Position numbers and translations under genes: made by a program. This document shows, one piece after another, positions 44,101-51,096 of a DNA stretch of 54,488 nt. Every line of letters begins with the position of its first letter. Positions within the stretch are counted from its first letter, which is position 1. The DNA is taken from the IMG/VR virus record IMGVR_UViG_3300003324_000108, positions 1 to 54,488 of that record, one strand, 5' to 3'. Source of the stretch: a virus (taxonomy: Duplodnaviria; Caudoviricetes). The notes under the pieces are model-generated. The model did not search any database and was not told where the DNA came from. It was given only the letters and a program-made list of their open reading frames with translations.

Positions 44101-44156
44101 AGAAGTGTGCCGTCAGCGCCGACGATGAACTCGACGCGCCCAATGTTTGTTGCCAC
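41103..44156 (-). CDS. tape measure protein
   Basis: 1017 aa Ala/Leu-rich helical; C-terminal GEAGPEAIVPL; follows chaperones. Confidence 0.92.
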   Translation of the reverse strand: MATNIGRVEFIVGADGTLLPRDLRRVGRTAGAIGGKELNKALNAEVRKGSRDVARSLGQVLTTALRTSPAINRLATSFRNLRTAIRGGLDRTIGRISTGLRDFGQMLRDASARNLSPFVQGMRDLRISAQDVRDTFPGLVRAVENVRRGFANTLGGVREFGDEVRTRTNSAVSLLRTQLQRLNPVIEGARDRVVRFGRGVRDSVIDIDAVRPAVDRLRASFGRLSGSASALRGFRSEVSNFVNESKRLSGDHELTRFFDSNGRRWGTFGREAEVGMARAVNAVRNGNKNLNAQFGGNERVLKSRVARLIVLWTALVAAIGEGTASLGSGVGAGLTALISSIGVALVGALGLAGAAVAGFAAAAGLAINSFRFMKEEVPAVADALSGLSKAAEDSGRRFAAAWGPSVANFLDTLTTVLSNTSIVDAFAASLSRITDAFSAALSSPGFQLFYQALATTIPNAIASIGTGAASLASGLAAVFSAASPALETFAGQFDTWAKQWSDTMTAAAQDGSLQTFFNKALESINAILGVVGSLGSALNTLFQAGAATGNSMLNTLTGLLNQWNDWMKSIEGQKALETWFANGERIFNALLTLSGKLGSALADLVTPETIDRLLSFIDGLGNFLPVASQILGVIGKLDVLNIFVGILNSIADILQPLMPVLGQLAENIGSLLVTAFAKLEGPLTRLGQALVPVVEILGKALLAVLPPLLDALGPVVDAFVQIVQILTPFIELLAVIVANALPPLLAILPQVADYLVALTNAIFGTNVSAKDFGDAIIVVGEVVRVTFEAIANIISVFFQVASGILNTISALLRGDFSGAFESMYTTVSGVFHTLGGDFDQFVSWVQDMYNGVARFVTPIGNFFYDMASAVGDAISGMIGWIQDAIGWFQSLFGAANAAASAGSSAQGAAGRGGGGGSGGGFASGGLLNGPRRILAGEAGPEAIVPLRRPLSQVDPSVRWLSALAQGKTPAMGSGGVVGGGKAVNIESGAIVVQDSGDPARTAVEVLDRIAERVDSLG

Positions 44157-44167
44157 TACCCACCTCC

Positions 44168-44473
44168 TCAGCTACTAGTCTGCCGCTTGAGGTCGTTGAA
44201 TAGCGACATTTCCTCCTCGATAACATCACGCGTCACCCTATCCGGGTTGCGCCCTGCCGTCGATTCGGCCCACATTTCCTCATGCCAGCGCCTGTAGTCC
44301 TCCTCCGGTGCCATTGACATTCTCTCCACGCACCAGGCATAGACGAGATTGAGGAAACGGGTGACGGGGAGTTCTACTGGATCGAACCCTTGCCGCGCGC
44401 ACGCCCCGTCGATCTCGTGCCAGTATTCGCCCGCGACCCAGAAGAGGCGACGGGCGACGGGGTAGGGAAACCC
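44168..44473 (-). CDS. tail assembly chaperone, -1 frameshift extension
   Basis: ORF 44168..44479 entered at slippery site; LPVTRFLNLVYAW. Confidence 0.8.
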   Translation of the reverse strand, partial: GFPYPVARRLFWVAGEYWHEIDGACARQGFDPVELPVTRFLNLVYAWCVERMSMAPEEDYRRWHEEMWAESTAGRNPDRVTRDVIEEEMSLFNDLKRQTSS

Positions 44474-44838
44474 TGCCACTTCTCCATCAGCATCTCGAAG
44501 ATCTCAGTGATGAGTTCGGAGTCAACATCCACATCCTCCGGGTCGCGCAGGCGCTTCACCAGGCGGCGGTAGTCCTTGTCGCTCAGAACGTCCTTGAAGA
44601 AGGAGACGATGGCGTTGACCTCGTCGGCGACGGTTGCCTCAGAGTTGCCACCGTAAGCCATCATGAGCATGAGCTGCTCTTCGGTGGGGGCTGTCGCGGT
44701 GTAGTCATCGCGACTGACGATAATCTCGTTGCCATCCTCGTCTTCGTCGGTGACCTCGATGAAGAAGGGGATGGGCTCCCGTTCCTTGGTGACGCGATCC
44801 TTGACGCGGCGGCGGAATCCCTGCGCGGCTGTTGCCAT
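44374..44838 (-). CDS. tail assembly chaperone
   Basis: ATG 44838 after GAAAGGA; LVKRLRDPED; position before tape measure. Confidence 0.85.
   Translation of the reverse strand: MATAAQGFRRRVKDRVTKEREPIPFFIEVTDEDEDGNEIIVSRDDYTATAPTEEQLMLMMAYGGNSEATVADEVNAIVSFFKDVLSDKDYRRLVKRLRDPEDVDVDSELITEIFEMLMEKWQGFPTPSPVASSGSRANTGTRSTGRARGKGSIQ
44467..44473 (-). other. programmed -1 ribosomal frameshift heptamer G GGT TTC
   Basis: X XXY YYZ in correct phase (CAG GGT TTC) joining the two chaperone ORFs. Confidence 0.8.
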
Positions 44839-44878
44839 GGTCAGGTGTCCTTTCTGTCCTACAGAAAGAGTACAGCGA

Positions 44879-45301
44879 TCACAGGAACGGGGCGAGAGCG
44901 ACTTCCCCGGCGCGGGTGATCCACGGGTTGGCAGCCTGCCCCCTAACGGACGTAACTGCATGGCGAGGGAAGGGGAGGCCCCGATACACGGGCACCCACA
45001 GGCCGAGGTCGCCATTCGCCGTGATGGGGCCGTTCGTCCCCTCGTGCACGTACAGTGCGTAGTCGGCATCATTCCGGATCGTGTACCGCGCACCACGCTG
45101 GCCACCAGTAGTGTAGGAGGTCATGATCGGGGCCGGGTAATGGCTGGCCTTGAGGTGACCGGTGCGGGCTGGCGCGAAGGCGATAGCCAGGTTCAGGTGT
45201 TCCGTCCCGAGCAAGCCCAGCCAGTTCCACGCATCACCACCGGGGCGGAAGAGTCCGTCCACGGCGGTGTCGTAGATGGTGACACGAACAGGTGCGGCCA
45301 T
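44879..45301 (-). CDS. HK97 gp10-like tail completion/neck protein
   Basis: APARTGHLKAS, ADYALYVHEGT, VRGQAANPW. Confidence 0.8.
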   Translation of the reverse strand: MAAPVRVTIYDTAVDGLFRPGGDAWNWLGLLGTEHLNLAIAFAPARTGHLKASHYPAPIMTSYTTGGQRGARYTIRNDADYALYVHEGTNGPITANGDLGLWVPVYRGLPFPRHAVTSVRGQAANPWITRAGEVALAPFL

Positions 45302-45843
45302 CAGACGCTCCAGACCGTAACCAACCAGAACCCGCCGCCACAGTCTCCCGTGATCTGGAGCGGCTGATACTGGCCGATGGTGTAGGTGAGATCAAGGTCG
45401 GTGAGGCAGCAGTTGATCGCGGCCTTGATCGCGGCCTTATCCGCCATCTGGAGACGCGTTGCCTCGACCAGCTCCTCTGTCGTCGGGACGGTGATTCCAG
45501 TGATCGCATTGCCCTTCCCTACCGGAAGGCAGCGCGCAATCCCCACCTCGAAGGTTGACGCGACAGGGGACTGACACGACGCCCCGGAAGTATCCGGCTG
45601 CGGAAAGTTGGAGGAGGGGAACTCTGTTTGCAGACGCACCCACCCCTGTCCGCCACATGCCTTCCGTCCAGGTAGCGCAGTGTCACTGCAGGAGCCGCAG
45701 GAGTCCATGATCGCCAGTGGACCGGGCACGGGCGCGCAACGGCACACACCTGGCAGCATGCGATCCTCCAGGGCCTGCTGCACGCATGCCGCAAGACTGA
45801 CCATCGTCGGCCAGGCGTCGCGATCCTCCACGTATTCGCTCAT
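45301..45843 (-). CDS. tail terminator-like protein
   Basis: position; CGGQGWVR, EVGIARC, GDCGGG. Confidence 0.65.
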   Translation of the reverse strand: MSEYVEDRDAWPTMVSLAACVQQALEDRMLPGVCRCAPVPGPLAIMDSCGSCSDTALPGRKACGGQGWVRLQTEFPSSNFPQPDTSGASCQSPVASTFEVGIARCLPVGKGNAITGITVPTTEELVEATRLQMADKAAIKAAINCCLTDLDLTYTIGQYQPLQITGDCGGGFWLVTVWSV

Positions 45844-46637
45844 GCCGTACGGATCCTTCCCCGCAGGGTGTCCGGGCTGACGACGCGGGAAGGCGTCTTG
45901 AGGTTGTTCGGGTTGTACATGCCGACAATCTCATCGACCATCCGGACGCCGCTCATGCCGATGCGCTCGGGGATGGTGATGACAACACCCTGGCGCACAA
46001 CCTGCGTTGTTCCATCCGGGAGAGCGCAGGGCTGGCCGATGCACGCCTTGTACCACTCGATGGCAAGCAGTCCCGCCGCATACGTCAGTGCCTCGTCCGG
46101 GCCGATTCCCGGGTAGTAGCTGACGGAGAGAGTGTTTACGGACGGATTGGGCGTGCTCGGGAGCGGCTCCGACATGTCCTGGCACAGCGGCCAAGTCCCG
46201 CCATCCTGGCGCACCAGACGGTTCCCGTTGTCCACCCGATAAGCGGACGGATCCAGGACCGCCCCGTTGAGCTTGACAACAATGGGTCCCGACACTTCCT
46301 GGTTCGGCAGGACAATCTCGCTCACCGACGAGCAGGAGCAGTCAGAAGGCCGCGTGCAGCCGCAGGAGTTGTACCAGGTTCCATCCAGCATGTACGGGGA
46401 AAACGACGTGCCAAACGCATTTACCGAAGCTTCCAGCCATGCGCCAGGGTGGCACCGTGCAGCACACGGACGGATGGTGACGGGGCACAGCGACAGGCGG
46501 TAGCCGGTCATGCGCTGGAGCATGTTCCACGCCAGCAGTTCCGACCTGGCCCGCATGGTGGGGTCAAGCTCAGCAACCTCTTCCGGAGAGAGGGAACAAC
46601 CCCAATCCGTGGTGTCTGGATAGCAGTTCGACAGCAT
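45840..46637 (-). CDS. head-to-tail adaptor
   Basis: CPVTIRPC, YRVDNGNRLVRQDGGTWPLCQDM, CALP...VRQGV. Confidence 0.8.
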   Translation of the reverse strand: MLSNCYPDTTDWGCSLSPEEVAELDPTMRARSELLAWNMLQRMTGYRLSLCPVTIRPCAARCHPGAWLEASVNAFGTSFSPYMLDGTWYNSCGCTRPSDCSCSSVSEIVLPNQEVSGPIVVKLNGAVLDPSAYRVDNGNRLVRQDGGTWPLCQDMSEPLPSTPNPSVNTLSVSYYPGIGPDEALTYAAGLLAIEWYKACIGQPCALPDGTTQVVRQGVVITIPERIGMSGVRMVDEIVGMYNPNNLKTPSRVVSPDTLRGRIRTA

Positions 46638-46686
46638 GTCAGCGTCCTTTCAGTCCGAGGATACCCGGGCACCCCCCGGATATGGC

Positions 46687-46721
46687 ACAGCCCCCGCCAG
46701 GAGAAACCCAGCGGGGGCTGT
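46687..46721 (-). terminator. hairpin after major tail gene
   Basis: ACAGCCCCCGC/GCGGGGGCTGT. Confidence 0.6.
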
Positions 46722-46733
46722 CGTCGTTGCCGA

Positions 46734-48011
46734 TCAGGGGAGCGGGATGGTAACCGTCGTGCTCACCCACACGCCGTTCTGCGAGGCGCGGGCGGTGTAG
46801 GTGCCCGCCTTCGCGTACTTGTGCGTGGTGACACCAGGGGCGGCCACGTAGTCCCAGGTGTCGTCGCCGAAGTCGTAGAACACCGGACCAATCGACGCGG
46901 GGGTGGGGGTGAACTTCGCCGTGTACCCGGAGGTCTCCACCGTGTCCTTCACGCCCGCGAGGGAGGTCAGGGTGGGGAGAGTCGGGTCCAGGAGCGGACG
47001 AGCGCCACATGCGGCGGCAGGCGGGGCCAGGTCCACAACCATGGTCCGAAGAGCCGTGGTCGTGGAAACCGGGGCAGACATGGCACCCGGCTTAGCGTCC
47101 ACGCCAGGCGTGGTCGTCGTCACCGCGACTGCCGGGGTGGTGCCACCCGTGAAGGCTCCCGTCGCCGTCATCTGTGCGACATCGCCGAGCGACGAGGCGA
47201 AGGTGACCACGTAGGGGGTGCCCGGGCCGGGGCCACCCGTGACCGTAGCGTTACCTGCACCGACGTTGCTCAGGTTCGTGATCGCCGTCTGCACCGCAGC
47301 AGCAGCCGCGTTGTACGCGATGTTCGCGGTGGTCTGACCAGCGTACGTCAGGGTGAAGTTTCCACCCGTGGGCGTACCCGTGATCGTCACCGTCTGCACC
47401 TCAGACGACGCCGACGCCGGGTTCAGCATGATGTCCTTGTACGGACCCACCCCCCAGGCGTTGCCCTCCTTGGTGTTGGCACCCGTCACCGTGAAGGTGA
47501 CGCTGTTGTTCTCCACCGTGAAGTCGCCGAGGATGCCACCCGAGAGGAACGGCAGGAGGATGTACCCGTACGACCCCGTCGCGTTGGCACTGGTGCATGC
47601 ATCTCCGGTCGGCGCACCAGCCCACAGCTCCAGGGCGAAGCGGGAGTTGCTCAGGTTCACCTTCGTGTCCACGTCGAAGCCGATGACCGTAGTTCCGTCC
47701 GGACCGAGCACCACTTCCTGGCCGGTGACCAGGCTGAGCAGTTCGGGGTCCACGTTGCAGAACTGGATCTCCAGCCCGTACCCGACGAGCGAGGTCACGC
47801 TGGCCTCGTACACGCAGACCTCGCCAGCGGCGTTGGTCACGTTGATCTCATCGGAGTCCGTGGTGTTGGCGGTGAAGTTGACGGTGATGAAACCAGACGA
47901 AACCGCCTGGGAGTCAACACCATAGACAGGCCGTCCACAGCCGTCGAGGCGCGTAACACGGATGCGACGCCCCTTGACAAAGGACAGGCACTTCGTGACG
48001 TGCGAGGCCAT
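46734..48011 (-). CDS. major tail protein with C-terminal accessory/PKD-like domains
   Basis: VKGRRIRVTRLDGCGRP, FALELW, YILLPFL; SEVQTVTITGTPTGGNFTLTY insert; YDFGD...HKYAKAGTYT. Confidence 0.9.
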   Translation of the reverse strand: MASHVTKCLSFVKGRRIRVTRLDGCGRPVYGVDSQAVSSGFITVNFTANTTDSDEINVTNAAGEVCVYEASVTSLVGYGLEIQFCNVDPELLSLVTGQEVVLGPDGTTVIGFDVDTKVNLSNSRFALELWAGAPTGDACTSANATGSYGYILLPFLSGGILGDFTVENNSVTFTVTGANTKEGNAWGVGPYKDIMLNPASASSEVQTVTITGTPTGGNFTLTYAGQTTANIAYNAAAAAVQTAITNLSNVGAGNATVTGGPGPGTPYVVTFASSLGDVAQMTATGAFTGGTTPAVAVTTTTPGVDAKPGAMSAPVSTTTALRTMVVDLAPPAAACGARPLLDPTLPTLTSLAGVKDTVETSGYTAKFTPTPASIGPVFYDFGDDTWDYVAAPGVTTHKYAKAGTYTARASQNGVWVSTTVTIPLP

Positions 48012-48015
48012 TTCC

Positions 48016-48207
48016 TTACTCCTTCGTGTTGGTGCGCTTACGCGCGGTCTTGGTCGGCTTGGGGTCGGTGGACTCGTCGGCCCCCGGGATAAGGAAGCCC
48101 TCACGGGTGGTGAGAACGTCTTCCTCCTTGAAGCCCCGCTCCACAGCGAGGGCCAGGGCCTTCTTCGCGTTCTCGGCGTCAAGGCCGGGAAGGATGTCGT
48201 ATGCCAT
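48016..48207 (-). CDS. small virion-associated protein
   Basis: ATG 48207 after AGGAGG; basic tail. Confidence 0.7.
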   Translation of the reverse strand: MAYDILPGLDAENAKKALALAVERGFKEEDVLTTREGFLIPGADESTDPKPTKTARKRTNTKE

Positions 48208-48217
48208 GTTCTTCCTC

Positions 48218-48958
48218 CTAGGACACCGGGACGACGTTGATGTAGTTGCAGTCCACGAGGAGCGCAAACACCTGCTCGGCGATGGCGTACTCCTTGTTGT
48301 ACGTGTAGTTCTGAACGCGGTTGACCTCAGGGGTGGAGATCAGGACCGTGAGGCCACCGATGACAGCGACCTTTCCAGCGGTGATCTGACTCGACGCCAG
48401 GACAGGTGTTCCGTTTCCGGTCCACAGGTTCCCAGTGCCGTCACCCTCCAGAGCGCGGGCGGCGAAAGCAGCCTCCGCATCTGCACGGTTCAGGACAATG
48501 ATCGGCAGTCCCACGTAGGCACCGTCAGCCGCGTTCTCGGCAGCTGCGATAGCTGCCGCCACACCCGTCTTTGCGGCTCCCGGAGTCGCCGCCTGGATCC
48601 AGGTGTTGAGCGCAGCCTCAACGGCCCGGTCGGATCCGTTGCTAAGAAGGTTGAGCGCGTCCTGCTCGAAGTCGGATCCATCCAGGAAGCACTCGACTCC
48701 CGCGTAGATTCCGGCTACCGGTGCGATGCCGGTGAGCGTGTTGATGCCTGCGCGCGTCTTCGTGGGCTGCGCCGCGGCGGGCGACGGGTAGCACAGCTTG
48801 ACGTCGCCGACAGCGATCTGACACCCGGGGGACGTGTACTCCACGACACCACCCAGGCCAAGGCGGTTGGGGGCGTCGCGGAACTCAGCGACACTCCGTA
48901 CACCACCACGACGCGGGGAGCGACGGGGGGCGTCCACGTAATGCGTTGCATCAGCCAT
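48218..48958 (-). CDS. capsid pentamer-type (minor major capsid) protein
   Basis: follows major capsid; IYAGVEC, LWTGNGTPV, AIAEQVFALLVDC as in mycobacteriophage cluster B-type capsids. Confidence 0.7.
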   Translation of the reverse strand: MADATHYVDAPRRSPRRGGVRSVAEFRDAPNRLGLGGVVEYTSPGCQIAVGDVKLCYPSPAAAQPTKTRAGINTLTGIAPVAGIYAGVECFLDGSDFEQDALNLLSNGSDRAVEAALNTWIQAATPGAAKTGVAAAIAAAENAADGAYVGLPIIVLNRADAEAAFAARALEGDGTGNLWTGNGTPVLASSQITAGKVAVIGGLTVLISTPEVNRVQNYTYNKEYAIAEQVFALLVDCNYINVVPVS

Positions 48959-48983
48959 GTGTTGCCCTCCTCTCGGTAAGAGA

Positions 48984-49016
48984 ACCCCCGGGCCAGCGGG
49001 CTACTGACCCGGGGGT
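48984..49016 (-). terminator. terminator between the two capsid genes
   Basis: ACCCCCGGG/CCCGGGGGT stem, minus-strand TTCTCTT tail. Confidence 0.7.
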
Positions 49017-49021
49017 ATCGC

Positions 49022-50722
49022 TCACGGGATGGTGACGCCCGTACCGGCACCGACCTTCGGGAAGCCGGTGGAGCCGAGGGCGTTGATGGTCACGGAGACC
49101 TTCACGCCACCAGCGCAGGTGTTGGCGACGGCGATGCCCTCCTCGAAGAAGGCGGCGGTGTAGACGTTGGTCCCGAGGCCGACGCTGTCGTAGATCGTGT
49201 CGATGGAGAGCACGTCCTTCGCCAGCTTCGTGTAGGAACCAGCGGGCCACATCATGAACTCCAGCACGGTCGGCCAGTTCTTCCACGTCGTGGTGTTGCC
49301 AGTCGCGAGGGGCTGGTAGTCGTACACGAACTGCGGGGCGATGCCGCGGACCGCGAACCACTGCTGGATGGCGGCATCCGTCACGTTCAGCGGGTTGTCG
49401 ATGTTGAGGCGACGACCCACGTCAGCGCGGATGGCACCGAGCGCCCAGATCGGGAACACGGCCTCGATGGTGGCGTTGGGAGCCATCGAGTAGGTGTAGC
49501 GCAGACGAGCCGCCTGCAGTTCCGCGGCGTCCAGGATGTCGGAGGTGGAACCACCCACCTCGGTCCAGTCGATGGCCGCACCGATCAGCGTGCTGATCTT
49601 GTTGATGATGTAGGCGTTCACCTTGTGGGCGTGCGCCACGGCACCGATCTGGAGGACGCGGTTCACCAGCTCCGGGAACGCCGCCTCAGTCAGGACCGGA
49701 GCGGTGACGCAGAAGCCGATGGCGTCGAGGCGAACCTCGGACCACGGCGGGCAGTCGATGGTGTTGCACACCTTGGCGGTGCCAGCGATTGCCTGCGCCT
49801 CGGTCTGGAGGAAGCCCCAGGTCGCGGCGAGGGTCGCGTAGTCGGGACCCTTGGTGAACGAGATGCCACCACGCTTGGCCTGCACCTCCGGGAGGGACAG
49901 GAGGCCGGACACCGTCTCCAGCTCGCAGAAGCCGTAGACCTGCTCAGACGGGGCGCACCAGCCACCAGCGGCGACCAGGTTGCCCCCCGGGAGGCGGGCC
50001 TCCTTGGTGGCCGCGATCATGGTGTCGTACTGGTCCTGAGCGCTCATGCGCTCCTCCAGCGTGAACTCCTGCTCGGCCTTCTGAACCTGCGCGACACCGA
50101 AACGGCGGTGGTTGTCAGACAGCTCGTACTGGCCGGGGTTGATGACCTTCGGCTTCTCGCCACGGCCACCAGCCACGAAGCCCTTGGACCGCGACTGGAA
50201 CGCCTTGGCGACCTCCAGCATGTCCGCAAGCTCAGAGTGCGCCGGGATGCCGGGGACATCCGCCGAGGCGATGAGGCTGAACGCCTTGGGCGTCTCGACC
50301 TCCTCCTCGACCGGAGCCTTGGGGGCGGGGGCGCGGGTGGCCGCGCTCTTGACGGTCTTGGCCGGGGCGGAAGCCACGACGACCTCCTTCTCCGACTCGG
50401 CCTCAGCCTCGTCCTCACCAAGCTCGACGGCGGGGTTCTCCTCGTCGTCCTCTTCTGCCTCGACCTCGTCGGCCTCAGCAAGACCATCCTGGAGGGCGGC
50501 GAGACGCGCGGCACGGTCAGCCTCAGCTGCCTCCATCTCGGCGATCTTCGCGTCGATCTCCTGGGAAGCGGACATCAGGCCCTCGGCCTGCGCCAGCTCG
50601 TCGTCGTTGAGGTCGCTGCCCTTGGCAGCAAGCTCACGGCCCTCGGAACGGGCCTCGTTGCGCAGCTTGCGAAGGTCCTCAATGCTGAGGCCATCGAAGC
50701 TCTCGGGCTTCTTGAATGCCAT
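49022..50722 (-). CDS. major capsid (hexamer-type) protein with N-terminal scaffold
   Basis: acidic coiled-coil N-terminus; LVAAGGWCAPSEQVY, LPEVQAKRGGI, YTAAFFEEG. Confidence 0.92.
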   Translation of the reverse strand: MAFKKPESFDGLSIEDLRKLRNEARSEGRELAAKGSDLNDDELAQAEGLMSASQEIDAKIAEMEAAEADRAARLAALQDGLAEADEVEAEEDDEENPAVELGEDEAEAESEKEVVVASAPAKTVKSAATRAPAPKAPVEEEVETPKAFSLIASADVPGIPAHSELADMLEVAKAFQSRSKGFVAGGRGEKPKVINPGQYELSDNHRRFGVAQVQKAEQEFTLEERMSAQDQYDTMIAATKEARLPGGNLVAAGGWCAPSEQVYGFCELETVSGLLSLPEVQAKRGGISFTKGPDYATLAATWGFLQTEAQAIAGTAKVCNTIDCPPWSEVRLDAIGFCVTAPVLTEAAFPELVNRVLQIGAVAHAHKVNAYIINKISTLIGAAIDWTEVGGSTSDILDAAELQAARLRYTYSMAPNATIEAVFPIWALGAIRADVGRRLNIDNPLNVTDAAIQQWFAVRGIAPQFVYDYQPLATGNTTTWKNWPTVLEFMMWPAGSYTKLAKDVLSIDTIYDSVGLGTNVYTAAFFEEGIAVANTCAGGVKVSVTINALGSTGFPKVGAGTGVTIP

Positions 50723-50857
50723 GATTTTCACTCCTGTGCTTCGTATGGCGGGTGGGTTATTACGTGAAATCTGCGGGTGAGCTACGCTTCACGACCACCG
50801 CCTACGGCGGAGTGCTAACGGTGACTTTGTACCACGAATGTCATTCCGGCACAAAGA

Positions 50858-50897
50858 ACAGAACCCCGACACGCCGTGTTTCGTGTCAGGGTTCTGT
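50858..50897 (-). terminator. terminator upstream of capsid promoter
   Basis: ACAGAACCCCGACACG/CGTGTCAGGGTTCTGT plus minus-strand TCTTT. Confidence 0.7.
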
Positions 50898-50951
50898 CGT
50901 TTTAGGGAAATTAGTCCGGTTTATCCGGAACGTCTTTAAGGTTCCTTTAGG

Positions 50952-51095
50952 TCAGGCCGGACGCCAGGTCCCACCGACACGACGGGCGGCTGCGATGGCC
51001 TCCACCTCCGTGCGATACGACTGCTTCGTGCCATCCGGCTTCGTGACTACATACGACTGCGGCTTGCTGGAACCGCCCTGGCATGCGCACCCCAT
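50952..51095 (-). CDS. small protein MGCACQGG... (47 aa, not in ORF track)
   Basis: ATG after GAGGAGG; manual translation MGCACQGGSSKPQSYVVTKPDGTKQSYRTEVEAIAAARRVGGTWRPA. Confidence 0.75.
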   Translation of the reverse strand: MGCACQGGSSKPQSYVVTKPDGTKQSYRTEVEAIAAARRVGGTWRPA

Positions 51096-51096
51096 C

